Assembly: GCA_014730175.1 (NCBI GenBank) | Contig: WJIR01000026.1 | Location: 1,027 to 65,026, forward strand | Length of the DNA: 64,000 nt | From: Candidatus Zixiibacteriota bacterium | GTDB lineage: Bacteria; Zixibacteria; MSB-5A5; UM-FILTER-46-8 | Reading direction: 5' to 3' | Shown: positions 9,886 to 20,154 of the stretch, piece by piece | How the letters are laid out: every line of letters begins with the position of its first letter | Position numbering within the stretch: the first letter of the stretch is position 1 | Position numbers and translations under genes: made by a program | The notes under the pieces: model-generated | The model's database searches: none | What the model was told of the DNA's origin: nothing | The model's input: the letters and a program-made list of their open reading frames with translations, nothing else

Positions 9886-12126
9886 ATGCAACTTAGTCAG
9901 AATTCAATTACCGTATTGGAAAGAAGATATTTGGTGAAAGATGAGAACGGTAAGGTGATTGAGGATCCGAATCAGCTTTTCAGAAGGGTAGCTAATGCCA
10001 TTGCGGCTCCGGATGAAAACCTCGGCGCTGACAGGGATGAAGTCGGTAGAATCGCTGAGAAATTCTACGAGATGATATCCAGCCTCGATTTTCTCCCCAA
10101 TTCCCCTACTCTTATGAATGCGGGTAGGGAATTGGGGCAGTTGTCCGCATGCTTTGTTATACCGGTGGATGATTCCATGGAATCGATATTTGATGCGGTT
10201 AAAGCGGCGGCGTTAATCCATAAGTCGGGAGGCGGCACCGGATTCTCATTCTCGCGCTTGAGACCTGCCGGTTCGCAAGTAGCTTCCACATCCGGGGTAG
10301 CTTCGGGTCCCGTTAGTTTTATGAAAGTCATCAACGCCGCTACAGAGGCAGTAAAGCAGGGCGGAACGCGCCGCGGTGCCAACATGGGAGTCTTAAGAAT
10401 CGACCATCCCGATATCATGGATTTCATTACTGCAAAATCCGACCTCAGCGAATTAACGAACTTCAACATATCGGTTTGCGTTACCGATGATTTTATGCGC
10501 GCCGTCGAGTCCGACGATGACTACCCACTCATAGACCCACGCACCGAGGACGCTTATTTCGTGGATGGAAAACCGGTAAGGTTGAAAGCGCGTGAGGTGT
10601 TCGAGACCATAGTAGATCAAGCCTGGATGACAGGCGAACCGGGTGTGATACTTATCGACCGGATGAATGAGGATAATCCGGTGAAGAAAATCGGGCTTTA
10701 TGAAAGCACCAACCCTTGCGGCGAACAGCCATTACTTGCTTATGAGAGTTGCAATTTGGGTTCGGTTAACCTCGGACAGACGTTAACTGCGGTTGTCGAT
10801 TCCGAGAATCGCTCCTCTATGTATCGATATGAAATCGACTGGAATAACTTGAAGAGAACAGTCAGAAGCGCGGTTCATTTTCTTGATAACGTAATCGAAG
10901 CCAATAGATATCCACTCAAGGCAATCGATGAGTCCACCAAAGCCAACCGAAAGATTGGTTTGGGGGTGATGGGCTGGGCTGATATGCTCTTCAGGCTGGA
11001 GATTCCGTATAATTCCGAAAAAGCACTGCAACTCGCTGAGAAAGTTATGAGTTTCATTCAAGAAGAAGCCCACGCCGCTTCGTCCGAACTGGCAGGTGTC
11101 AGGGGTGTATTTCCCAATTGGAAGGATTCAGTATATAATAGCCCGGGAACCCCTTCCAAGCGGATGCGCAACTCCACGGTCACCACCATTGCCCCTACCG
11201 GTACTATAAGTATCATAGCGGGAGTCTCTTCCGGTATCGAACCCGCCTTCGCCCTGGCATATACCCGTAATGTTATGGACGAAACAAAACTGTCCGAGAT
11301 TAATCCCATTCTCGAAGCAAAGGCTAAAGAACGAGGTTTTTACAGCGAGGAGTTCGTGAGGAAACTGGTAGAGAAGGGCTCCATCCAGGATTTCGATGAA
11401 GTACCTGAGGATGTAAAAAAGATATTCGTTACCTCCCATGACATCGAACCGGAGTGGCATATCAGGATGCAAGCGGCGTTTCAGAAGCATTGCGATAATG
11501 CCGTATCCAAGACAATCAATCTTCCCAATCACGCCACCAGGGAAGATGTCGCTGATGCCTATCGTCTCGCATATAAGCTAAAATGTAAAGGCGTGACTGT
11601 TTATCGGGACGGTTGTCGTAAGGGGCAGGTGCTATCGGTAAGCAAAGAGGAAGAGGAGAAACTACCGAGTAGAAGAAGAACTATCGAACCGCGCCCTCAG
11701 GTACTTACCGGAATAACTGAAAAAATCAAAACCGGTTATGGCGTGCTATATGTCACCATCAATATGCTGGATGGTAAACCTTTTGAGGTTTTTGCGCAGA
11801 TCGGTAAATCGGGGCATTCGACTATGGCGGACACGGAAGCAATGGGTAGACTTGTCTCCCTGGCGCTTCGTTCCGGTATCGGTGTGAACGATATTATCGA
11901 TCAACTCCGAGGGATAGGCGGTGCAACTCAGGTTTTCGAAAACGGCGGACTGGTGAAATCGATTCCAGACGCTATAGCTAAAGTACTTCATCATCATTTC
12001 GGTAATGGCGAAAAACCGGAACCGGAACATGATATAGAAACCGACCTTTGCCCGGAATGCAATTGTAAAATGGAACATGACTCCGGATGCATCGTATGTC
12101 GCGGTTGCGGCTATTCTCAATGTTGA
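9886..12126 (+). CDS. nrdJ: Class II (adenosylcobalamin-dependent) ribonucleotide reductase NrdJ
   Basis: 746 aa with an RNR catalytic core (the NPCGEQ Cys/Glu region) and a C-terminal CPECN...CIVCRGCG zinc ribbon typical of monomeric NrdJ. Confidence 0.9.
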   Translation: MQLSQNSITVLERRYLVKDENGKVIEDPNQLFRRVANAIAAPDENLGADRDEVGRIAEKFYEMISSLDFLPNSPTLMNAGRELGQLSACFVIPVDDSMESIFDAVKAAALIHKSGGGTGFSFSRLRPAGSQVASTSGVASGPVSFMKVINAATEAVKQGGTRRGANMGVLRIDHPDIMDFITAKSDLSELTNFNISVCVTDDFMRAVESDDDYPLIDPRTEDAYFVDGKPVRLKAREVFETIVDQAWMTGEPGVILIDRMNEDNPVKKIGLYESTNPCGEQPLLAYESCNLGSVNLGQTLTAVVDSENRSSMYRYEIDWNNLKRTVRSAVHFLDNVIEANRYPLKAIDESTKANRKIGLGVMGWADMLFRLEIPYNSEKALQLAEKVMSFIQEEAHAASSELAGVRGVFPNWKDSVYNSPGTPSKRMRNSTVTTIAPTGTISIIAGVSSGIEPAFALAYTRNVMDETKLSEINPILEAKAKERGFYSEEFVRKLVEKGSIQDFDEVPEDVKKIFVTSHDIEPEWHIRMQAAFQKHCDNAVSKTINLPNHATREDVADAYRLAYKLKCKGVTVYRDGCRKGQVLSVSKEEEEKLPSRRRTIEPRPQVLTGITEKIKTGYGVLYVTINMLDGKPFEVFAQIGKSGHSTMADTEAMGRLVSLALRSGIGVNDIIDQLRGIGGATQVFENGGLVKSIPDAIAKVLHHHFGNGEKPEPEHDIETDLCPECNCKMEHDSGCIVCRGCGYSQC

Positions 12127-12158
12127 TCGACTTTTGAAATGACTCATCCTTCCTCCTG

Positions 12159-12192
12159 AACCGCCCGTCAACCTTGATGGGCGGTTGTTTTT
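12159..12192 (+). terminator. Rho-independent terminator of nrdJ (AACCGCCC-loop-GGGCGGTT followed by GTTTTT)
   Basis: 8-bp GC-rich stem followed by a T-run, 33 nt after the nrdJ stop. Confidence 0.7.
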
Positions 12193-12202
12193 AGCGTTTC
12201 TA

Positions 12203-12270
12203 TCCGGGATAATTCACAAAAGCCATTAACAGGTAGCTGAAGGCTTACCCGCCTCAGGAGGATTTACACA
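12203..12270 (+). repeat. Partial copy E of the intergenic repeat family (5' module)
   Basis: CCGGGATAATTCACAAAAGCCATTAACAGGTAGCTGAAGGCTTACC aligns to the 5' ends of copies A and B. Confidence 0.4.
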
Positions 12271-12404
12271 CCTCTGGCGCGAAGAGCGGGCAGGTCAGGG
12301 GATTATTTCCTGACATGGCTTCGGTGGGAATCCGAATTACTCTCTCGAGAGGGTATGTATTGCTTCGTCGCTATGCTACACTCAATGAGCGTTGAATCCG
12401 GGGG

Positions 12405-13091
12405 TTAAATTGTATCCTCCACTATCTTGCCGTAATGCATTTTCACTACTCGTTCAGCCACTCTCTCGGCAACCTCCAAATTATGCGTTACAATTATTAC
12501 AGTCAGCCCCTTCTTTTTTAGGTCCACAAGGATATCGGCAACCGCTTTAGCATTCTGCTGATCAAGATTTCCGGTAGGTTCGTCCGCAAATAAAATCTCC
12601 GGTTTTTTTACCAGAGCACGCGCAATAGCTACCCGCTGCTGTTCGCCTCCCGATAAATCCGAAGGTTTGTGTTCCATTCGATCTTCGAGCCCCAACAGTG
12701 TTAGTGTTTTTACAGCTTGTTCTTCCCTGTCTCGCTTCGATGTGTTATTGAAATAAAGAGCCATCTCTACGTTCTTCAGTGCGGTCTGATTCGGTATCAG
12801 ATTAAACGATTGAAACACCATTCCCACATATTTCGCTCGATATTGCGACAACTGCCGATGAGATAAGTTTCCGAGATTTCTCCCGGCGACTTCAATGGTT
12901 CCGGAAGTTGGGGAATCCAAACCCGCCAGCAGGTTAAGCAAGGTGGTCTTGCCGGAACCTGATGTACCAACCACAGCTACAAGCTCCTCCTTAATGACTT
13001 CCAAGGAAATGCTATCCACTGCCCTTACCTTATTTGTGCCTCGGGTATAAAAGCGGCATAGGTTGCTGGTATGTATGAATGGTCGGTCCAT
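12405..13091 (-). CDS. ABC transporter ATP-binding protein (LolD/MacB/FtsE-like), no adjacent permease
   Basis: Walker A (GTSGSGKTT), ABC signature ([15 protein letters not shown]) and Walker B are all present. Confidence 0.85.
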   Translation of the reverse strand: MDRPFIHTSNLCRFYTRGTNKVRAVDSISLEVIKEELVAVVGTSGSGKTTLLNLLAGLDSPTSGTIEVAGRNLGNLSHRQLSQYRAKYVGMVFQSFNLIPNQTALKNVEMALYFNNTSKRDREEQAVKTLTLLGLEDRMEHKPSDLSGGEQQRVAIARALVKKPEILFADEPTGNLDQQNAKAVADILVDLKKKGLTVIIVTHNLEVAERVAERVVKMHYGKIVEDTI

Positions 13092-13305
13092 AAAGTCAAA
13101 TTAATATATCTTTTTTGACGGATATCGGTCAATAATTGTTTCCAATTTTAAAATAACCTTCACAATCCCATAGTATCCAGGTCAGCTCAACTTTCAAAGA
13201 CATGGTTGTAAACAGTCCCTGCTTTGTAGTACAGCAATTGATAATTTATTATCAATGATTACCAACTTGAAATCAGGCGCTAACAAAACTTTTACAAAAT
13301 ATCCC

Positions 13306-13334
13306 TTGACAACTGGTCAGGATTACACTATATA
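13306..13334 (+). promoter_or_regulatory. Putative sigma70 promoter (TTGACA-N17-TATATA) about 260 nt upstream of the 13593 CDS
   Basis: Hexamers read from the sequence in a 500-bp AT-rich intergenic region. Confidence 0.4.
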
Positions 13335-13529
13335 GTCCTGCGAATGACAATGAATGTCATTCTATGGTAGTAAATTTGTTGTTAAAAAACTAATTTTCAG
13401 GAACTTTATGATAAGTCGCGTTGTTGTAGCGACTGTAGTAGGTATATTTTTCTACATAAATTTTTATAATTCAAAATAGTAATAATATATATATATTATA
13501 ACATACGTATAATCATTTTTTTACTAAAA

Positions 13530-13550
13530 GTAACCATTTAAAATGGTTAC
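13530..13550 (+). promoter_or_regulatory. Perfect 21-bp palindrome (GTAACCATTT-A-AAATGGTTAC), candidate operator 40 nt upstream of the start codon
   Basis: Exact inverted repeat seen in the sequence. Confidence 0.4.
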
Positions 13551-13592
13551 ACCATTACTAAAACACAAGAAGAACAAAGGAGAAAAAAACTA

Positions 13593-15557
13593 ATGCAGAA
13601 ACAGATTGTAACCCTTATAGTTGTAGCCTTAGCTGCATTTACAATGCTATTGGCCCCTTCATCGGTATTGGCAATAGATGGGGCAAAACCAGTACCGGGC
13701 GTCGCTCCGGGTAACTATGATCCGACTGGTGTAATCGGTTCGATTGAACCTTTCGCCAGCGAAATCGGAATGATAAGTTGGTCGATCGATGGATTGGGAA
13801 CCACCGCTTCCTCAGGTATTATCAAAGTAGATAAGCCGGAAGATGCCACAGTTCGCAGCGCTTACTTTTTCTCAGCCACTACCGGTTTCACGGATTATCA
13901 GCTTCAGGACGGCGACGTTCAGTTGGAAGGCAACAACATCGTATGGGATGACGAGTTGATGAGTAGCATCGAATCGTACAACTATATGGCTGATGTTACC
14001 GATATCGTCGCTCCCATAGTCGATGCGGCTCCGGCGGGAATCGTTGAGTTGACTATCAATGAGAACAACTCTGCAAATATCGACGGCGAAGTATTGGCAG
14101 TGATATTTGATGATCCCAATGTAACCGAAACCGCTACGATAGCTTTGTTATTCGGCGCCCAGGCAATTGAAGGCGATGAATTTAATATCGGATTGGCTGA
14201 GCCGGTAACCGAGGAAACCAATGTTTATATGTCATTAGGTATTTCTTATGGTTATCAGCCTACCGAACAGGTAAGCCACATCGATGTTAATGGAGAACGT
14301 TTAACTTCCTCTGCTGGTGGCCAGGATGACGGCGAAGACAACAACGGCGCGTTGATCACAGTCGGCGGCATTGATGATAGCATGGACAATCCTCCGGATC
14401 CTTATGGCGAACCGGATACTCCAAGATACGACGATGAGTTATATACTTTGAATCCTTATCTGGAAATTGGCGAGACTTCTATAAATGTTTACACCATCAA
14501 TCCTTCGGATGATGACAATATATTCTTCGGCGCATTTCATATCTCCGGCGCTGCCGTTGTCGGTGAAGGTGCGGTGTTGACACCGGAATATGCCGAGAAG
14601 AATGTTGGCGAGATGCACATGATCACCGCTACTCTGCAGGACGATGATGGTAACCCGATCGCTGATCGCGAAATCAATTTCCACATCGTGGATGGTCCCC
14701 ATTCACCCATGGATTACACTGATGCCACAAACGAAGAAGGTAAGGCTTTCTTCGAATATGAAGGAATGATGGAAGGCAGCGATATAATTATGGCTGATTT
14801 CATCAATTCTCAGGGTGAATACCAGGAAGCTGAAAATGAAGCGGTTGTCGATTGGATTACCGGTGGAGATCTCTGTTGTGATGTAGAGCTTTCCCCGGAT
14901 GATGGCGATCCTGTCATCGTTAATCCTCCGGACATCTTCAGGTTCACTGCTACTCTGTGCAATCCCAATGAAGAACCGATCTTTACCGATTTCTGGACCG
15001 TAACCGAAAGCATGGGTGAACGTTGGGAAATCTTGGTCCATACCGATGTAGAAGTCGGCGGCGACGATTGCAGAAACGGACGCTTCATTCAGTGGATCTG
15101 CGGACAGATTGAGCCTTGCGTTTACGTCTACACTGCTTATTGCGGTGACTATGAAACCGGTGAAATCTGCGATTCCGCCAGTTTCGAAGTAGTTGTCTTA
15201 AACGGTGAAGGAATCACTAATATGGGTAATGTTGAAGAGCTGTGGCTCTCTGAAGGAGGCTTCAATAGCGAAGAATTCGCGATGGAATCCCCGGCCGAAT
15301 ACACCTTAAGCTCCAACTATCCAAATCCGTTTAACGCTCAGACCAACATCAGCTTCTCCCTACCCGAAGCCGGTAATGTTCGTTTGAACGTTTATAACTT
15401 ACTCGGACAGAATGTAGCTACTCTGGTTGATGGTAATATGTCTGCCGGCCAGCATACTGTAAACTGGGATGCTGCCAATCATGCCAGCGGCGTATACCTT
15501 TACAAACTGCAAGCTAACGATCAGGTAATCACCAAGAAGATGCATCTGCTGAAGTAA
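13593..15557 (+). CDS. Secreted T9SS cargo protein with shared Cys-rich domain and C-terminal T9SS sorting domain
   Basis: Signal peptide (LAPSSVLA), a Cys-rich module (CCDVELSPDDGDPVIV...AYCGD...CD), and a T9SS CTD (NYPNPFNAQT...LNVYNLLGQ...VNWDA...SGVYLYKL). Confidence 0.8.
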   Translation: MQKQIVTLIVVALAAFTMLLAPSSVLAIDGAKPVPGVAPGNYDPTGVIGSIEPFASEIGMISWSIDGLGTTASSGIIKVDKPEDATVRSAYFFSATTGFTDYQLQDGDVQLEGNNIVWDDELMSSIESYNYMADVTDIVAPIVDAAPAGIVELTINENNSANIDGEVLAVIFDDPNVTETATIALLFGAQAIEGDEFNIGLAEPVTEETNVYMSLGISYGYQPTEQVSHIDVNGERLTSSAGGQDDGEDNNGALITVGGIDDSMDNPPDPYGEPDTPRYDDELYTLNPYLEIGETSINVYTINPSDDDNIFFGAFHISGAAVVGEGAVLTPEYAEKNVGEMHMITATLQDDDGNPIADREINFHIVDGPHSPMDYTDATNEEGKAFFEYEGMMEGSDIIMADFINSQGEYQEAENEAVVDWITGGDLCCDVELSPDDGDPVIVNPPDIFRFTATLCNPNEEPIFTDFWTVTESMGERWEILVHTDVEVGGDDCRNGRFIQWICGQIEPCVYVYTAYCGDYETGEICDSASFEVVVLNGEGITNMGNVEELWLSEGGFNSEEFAMESPAEYTLSSNYPNPFNAQTNISFSLPEAGNVRLNVYNLLGQNVATLVDGNMSAGQHTVNWDAANHASGVYLYKLQANDQVITKKMHLLK

Positions 15558-15614
15558 TTATAACAGCAAAACTCTCGAGGAAGGAAATGTACCTACCTCG
15601 AGGAAGAAAGTTGA

Positions 15615-15645
15615 GCGCCGGGCAGCACGTCCGGCGCTTTTTATT
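15615..15645 (+). terminator. Rho-independent terminator (GCGCCGG-loop-CCGGCGC followed by TTTTTATT)
   Basis: GC stem plus T-run 58 nt after the stop of the 13593-15557 gene. Confidence 0.65.
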
Positions 15646-15756
15646 GCCTTTGAAAATAGCAGTTAACTTTAACTCATATCATTAGCTAATAATTTTGCCA
15701 GTTGTCAAAAATCGATTTTGTATTATATTGCCTTTGAATAATCTTCTTTATGAAAG

Positions 15757-18339
15757 GTGGTAAAAATGCACAGGTTACTGATGATTTTAATATTCTTTAC
15801 GCCCCTGCTATCATTCGCAGGAAATATCGATCCCAACGGCGATATTCCCTTGCATAGAATTTTAGCCGAACGAGGGCAAACGGTAGATGAGATACTCGCG
15901 CAAAATACATTTGATTTTTCGCAGAATGATATTGATCCCGGTGAAATTCCGGAGGGCGATTACCTGGGATGGTTGGCTTTCACGCCAGATGGCGAGAGAA
16001 TACTGGTAACTAATCGAGTAACGGATAATGTAACGGTATTTGATTGGTCAACTATGGAAGTGTTGACCAATATCAATGTGGGTACTTATCCGGGTGGAAT
16101 CGGTGTAACCGATAATTATGCAGTGATCGCCTGTGCTTTTAGCGATGAAGTATACATTATCGATTTGGATGATTACAGCGTTGCCGGCATATTCGAAACC
16201 GGCGAGCAGCCCTGGGTGGTGAGGATAAGTCCCGACGGTAGAAAAGCTTATGTTGCCTGCGATATCGATAATGTCTGCGAAGTAATAGATTTGGAGAACT
16301 TAATCCACACGGACACATTAGAAGATTTCCCGATCTGGTTGGTGAGTTGGGGATTTAATTCCGAAAATGCACGTAATACTTTTAGTTTTTCTCCGTTTGA
16401 GATTACGCCGGACGGGAATCATATAATGGTAAGCGATGGCGAAACGAATGTTCATTTTATAAATGTTGATACCGGCAACATAGATTACACGGTTGAAGGA
16501 ATCGAAAGCTGCTGGACATTAGGCCTATCCGGTGACGGTTCAAAATCAGTTGCGGTTAGTTCTACTGATCCTGCTGTAGCATATCAGATCGACCTCACCA
16601 CATATCAAGTCACAGGAAGTGTAAGCATAAGCGGATACAGGTTAAGTACTTATGAAGTTGCCGTTAATCAGGATGGTTCCAAAGCTTTCCTGGGGATAAA
16701 CAACAACTCCAGCGCATTCGTTCGATTCGAGACCTCTGATTTCACGGTTTTGACACAAACATATACACCATTCTGGATCGGAGTATCACCGGATCATTCT
16801 TTGGCAATTGGAGGGCAGTATCGCTTTTCGATCCTTGATTTCGAAACCGAGACTTTGCTGGGGCAATACCAGGGTAATTCTCAGTATTACGGAGCGGTAT
16901 CCAAGGTTGGATTGCGCGCGGTGGGACATGATCCATATCGCCATGAAGGTGTTTATTTCTACGATTACACCGATGATTATCCCGATTATCTGGGGACAAC
17001 CAATTCCGGACTGGACCCCGAAGGCGACGCTCCCAGACGATTAGCGATAGCGCCGGATGGGTCTAAAGTGGTTGCCGCTAATGTTCTTTCCGATAATATT
17101 TCCATTATAAGTCTGAGTACGTATGAAGTTGAAGCTATCCTACCGATCGGCGACAGAGTGCAAAATGTTGCTATCACTTCGGATTCACGCTGGGCGGTAG
17201 TGTGTGGATTCAATTCCAATTCCGTATTTATCATTGACCTTGAAACCAATACAATAGCAGCGGAAGTTTCGGCAGGTTCTCGCGCTGGCGTTGTTAGCAT
17301 AGCTCCCGATGACAGCTATGCCTATGTTGGTAATATATCAGCTAATACTTTATCGGTCATAGAATTGGATGGGGAAAACAGTTTTGAATATAATGAGTTA
17401 CCTATCGGTGTAATTGGTGTGGTCTGGGCGGCGTTTGGTGTCAGCAGCGATGTTGAATACAGCCCCGATGGCGAACATGTTCTGGCGACTGCCTCATTCG
17501 ACGACCTTGTTTACGTATTCGATACCGAATTCCACGAAATAGTCGCCACACTTCCCACCGGGGATTTTCCGATTCAGATAGCGTTTGACGGAACCGGTGA
17601 ATATGCGGTAGTAACCAATTACTTCACTGATAATTTCACATTGATGCATATCGATGGTGAGAATTCGACCTCAATCGGAACATATTACAGTGGCGATGCT
17701 CCATTAAGGCTGGCATATAATTCTATTTTGGACGAAATAGGTATCTGTAACTACAGCGATAAAACCCTGGTAAACATCGATCCTCAAACCGGAGATCTTA
17801 TTGACACCGACTATTATACTAACCACGGCAGTTTGATTCAGGCGATGTTCGATGAGAACGGAGAGCCAATCGTTCTTGTAAGCAGCGGAAATCTACCTGC
17901 GGCGTTGATCAAAGCCGATGATGTGGTTGAGATGCCTGCCGGTCCGACATACTTCGATTATAACAGAGAGGCTCAGGTGGCTGCCGTTTCCATGCCGGGA
18001 CCCGATTTTGTAACTATCGTCAGTTGGCAGGAAACCGGAATAGGCGAGGTGAAGGATATCGATTTAAACTTACCGACAGAAATAGCCATCGGAGACTGTT
18101 ATCCCAATCCATTCAACCCGGAGGTGAATATCGAGTTTCATCTGCCGACTGCCGGTGATATTTCTTTGCGGGTGCTCAACCTTACCGGTGAAAAGGTAGT
18201 AACGTTGGCTGAAGGGAATTATACCGCAGGATCGCATAGAATCCTTTGGGATGCCTCCGATCTTGCCAGCGGCATATATTTACTTAAATTGAGCAACGGA
18301 TCGATATCTACAACCAAGAGGATCACATACATAAAGTAA
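15757..18339 (+). CDS. Secreted beta-propeller repeat protein (YVTN/lactonase-like repeats) with T9SS C-terminal sorting domain
   Basis: Signal peptide, repeated roughly 40-aa DGSK/DG..AYV repeats, and a C-terminal CYPNPFNPEVNIEF...VLNLTGE...WDASDLASGIYLLKL T9SS CTD. Confidence 0.8.
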   Translation: MVKMHRLLMILIFFTPLLSFAGNIDPNGDIPLHRILAERGQTVDEILAQNTFDFSQNDIDPGEIPEGDYLGWLAFTPDGERILVTNRVTDNVTVFDWSTMEVLTNINVGTYPGGIGVTDNYAVIACAFSDEVYIIDLDDYSVAGIFETGEQPWVVRISPDGRKAYVACDIDNVCEVIDLENLIHTDTLEDFPIWLVSWGFNSENARNTFSFSPFEITPDGNHIMVSDGETNVHFINVDTGNIDYTVEGIESCWTLGLSGDGSKSVAVSSTDPAVAYQIDLTTYQVTGSVSISGYRLSTYEVAVNQDGSKAFLGINNNSSAFVRFETSDFTVLTQTYTPFWIGVSPDHSLAIGGQYRFSILDFETETLLGQYQGNSQYYGAVSKVGLRAVGHDPYRHEGVYFYDYTDDYPDYLGTTNSGLDPEGDAPRRLAIAPDGSKVVAANVLSDNISIISLSTYEVEAILPIGDRVQNVAITSDSRWAVVCGFNSNSVFIIDLETNTIAAEVSAGSRAGVVSIAPDDSYAYVGNISANTLSVIELDGENSFEYNELPIGVIGVVWAAFGVSSDVEYSPDGEHVLATASFDDLVYVFDTEFHEIVATLPTGDFPIQIAFDGTGEYAVVTNYFTDNFTLMHIDGENSTSIGTYYSGDAPLRLAYNSILDEIGICNYSDKTLVNIDPQTGDLIDTDYYTNHGSLIQAMFDENGEPIVLVSSGNLPAALIKADDVVEMPAGPTYFDYNREAQVAAVSMPGPDFVTIVSWQETGIGEVKDIDLNLPTEIAIGDCYPNPFNPEVNIEFHLPTAGDISLRVLNLTGEKVVTLAEGNYTAGSHRILWDASDLASGIYLLKLSNGSISTTKRITYIK

Positions 18340-18491
18340 TAAGAGATGGCTGCAGGTCACCGGCGCTATCCCCACGCATACCGTCAGCGTTCCAGGGCTG
18401 CCCGGCGGACTCTTAAGTTAAAATAATCTGCAGCGTACCATGAATGATGCAGGACGGGCTGAAACCCGTCGTAATTAAAAATAGTGATCCT

Positions 18492-18511
18492 CCCCGCGTT
18501 AAAACGCGGGG
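18492..18511. terminator. Hairpin CCCCGCG-ttaaaa-CGCGGGG between convergent genes
   Basis: Inverted repeat seen in the sequence; no clear U-tract follows it. Confidence 0.35.
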
Positions 18512-18550
18512 TCTCAAAAACTCATCCAGGCTTTTCCTTTTTGTTAATAG

Positions 18551-18576
18551 CTTGGCGGGAGGAAACTCCCGCCAAG
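18551..18576. terminator. 11-bp stem hairpin with GAAA tetraloop (CTTGGCGGGAG-gaaa-CTCCCGCCAAG); probable bidirectional terminator
   Basis: Perfect inverted repeat 22 nt from the stop of the minus-strand 18598 gene, with T/A-rich flanks. Confidence 0.5.
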
Positions 18577-18597
18577 CATTTTGAGCCTTAATTTACT

Positions 18598-20154
18598 CTA
18601 TTTGAGTAGTGTGATTTGCTTTGCGATTACCTTATCCCCGGCTCTGAGCCTGTAGAAATAAAGACCGCTCGAATAACCGGAAGCATCCCAGTTGACACTA
18701 TGGTATCCAGCTTGCATATAGCTGTCTGCAAGTGTTTCAACTTCCTGACCGAGCAGATTATAAATCGAAAGTTTAACATTTGTATCGGAAGGAAGATTGA
18801 ATCGTATATTGGCTGAAGCGTTGAACGGATTGGGGTAACTTTCCATAGACATCGCATTCGGTGTTTCCGCTTGTTGCTGAGAATTCCATCCACCACTCAA
18901 TGTCCAATCGGAGCTCCCGCCATTGCGAGGAGCGCCTATCACATTGAAGTCGAACATAGCCGTATCACAGGCAACGTTGCTCTTCTCCCCGCAGAATGCT
19001 ATATAGTCATACGTACCGGTAGGCGCATAATTGGGAACCTGTTGAACCAGATGGGCATCCAGAGTCTGGCCGATATCAACGAAAGTACCGGAGAAATCCC
19101 AAAGTTCATAAAATTCGCCTTGGAAGTTCACCCCGACCCAGATATCGGTTATCATCGGTTCATCGTCAGGATTGACGATTATTCCGGTCAACCCGAACTC
19201 TCCACCCGGGGGAACATCGACCGGATAGTTATCAGGAATCATATCCACCTGAGGGCAGACATCACATTGAACCGGTCCGTACTCGCTCAATTTAGTATCT
19301 ACATCCGCAGAAGTAGTTGTTACCGTGCTGTCAGGAATATAGAAGTCCATTGTCATCGTATCAGGCCAAGTTCCGAATGTCAGCGTACCGTTCTCATCGA
19401 GAATTAGGTCGAGATCGGCAAAATCACCGGTTGCTTCATATCCATCACCAGTATTGATAACTCCGCCTTCGAACACTATCAACGTATCAGTGTCCCAGGC
19501 AACCTTCGCGACAATATTAGCGGTATCCGAACCATAAATTCCCTGATCCGGATCGTTTAACGCGGTAAGGCTAAATTCGTCAAAATAAAACCTTGCCTGC
19601 AAATGAAGACTGTCCTGCACCTCGCTATCTTTCTCCTCGTCTCTCCATTCGGTCGATCCTTGAAACTTCGCCTCTCCTTCGGCATCCGCCTCGCATCTGG
19701 AAGCATAGGTGAAAAGATTGTGATCCACCTTACCTACCAAGCGATCACTATCTTCCCCAAATTCTTCCCACCATGCCTTTACATAGGCGTATGCGCGCGC
19801 CGCGTGCGTACAGGGGAACGGCCCTTCTTCGGATTCAGCGATTACATCAGGGAAATACGCTTCATCATCGCCGGAGCCGGAAGCGCCGCAACACCAGTAA
19901 CCTGCATCAGCCCATGCGTATGTTTCCGCAATCGGGTCTGGTCCTTCAAGTATCGACCATATTCCGACTCCGATTCCAACGACAGTCACCGTGATAGCAA
20001 CAACTGTTAATACTGCCGGTTCTTCGCCATCATTTTGAGTTTCCGGAAGTTCGTGCTGATGTGGCTGCGATGCCAGAGCAATGTCCGGAGCGGTAATTGC
20101 TCCGCACAAAAACACAATCACGAGCAGCGACAAAAGATAAATGTTCTTTTTCAT
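18598..20154 (-). CDS. Secreted T9SS cargo protein with shared Cys-rich domain and T9SS sorting domain
   Basis: Signal peptide (MKKNIYLLSLLVIVFLCGAITA), a Cys-rich module (CDVCPQVDMIPDNYPVDVPPGG...AFCGE...CD), and a CTD (SYPNPFNASANIRF...SIYNLLGQ). Confidence 0.8.
   Translation of the reverse strand: MKKNIYLLSLLVIVFLCGAITAPDIALASQPHQHELPETQNDGEEPAVLTVVAITVTVVGIGVGIWSILEGPDPIAETYAWADAGYWCCGASGSGDDEAYFPDVIAESEEGPFPCTHAARAYAYVKAWWEEFGEDSDRLVGKVDHNLFTYASRCEADAEGEAKFQGSTEWRDEEKDSEVQDSLHLQARFYFDEFSLTALNDPDQGIYGSDTANIVAKVAWDTDTLIVFEGGVINTGDGYEATGDFADLDLILDENGTLTFGTWPDTMTMDFYIPDSTVTTTSADVDTKLSEYGPVQCDVCPQVDMIPDNYPVDVPPGGEFGLTGIIVNPDDEPMITDIWVGVNFQGEFYELWDFSGTFVDIGQTLDAHLVQQVPNYAPTGTYDYIAFCGEKSNVACDTAMFDFNVIGAPRNGGSSDWTLSGGWNSQQQAETPNAMSMESYPNPFNASANIRFNLPSDTNVKLSIYNLLGQEVETLADSYMQAGYHSVNWDASGYSSGLYFYRLRAGDKVIAKQITLLK

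Noticed and set aside
10065-11532. Several 80-134-aa minus-strand ORFs inside nrdJ
   Set aside because: They are embedded antisense in a strongly supported 746-aa CDS.
18871-20010. Plus-strand ORFs of 135-178 aa
   Set aside because: Antisense to the 518-aa T9SS cargo gene, whose signal peptide and CTD confirm the minus-strand frame.
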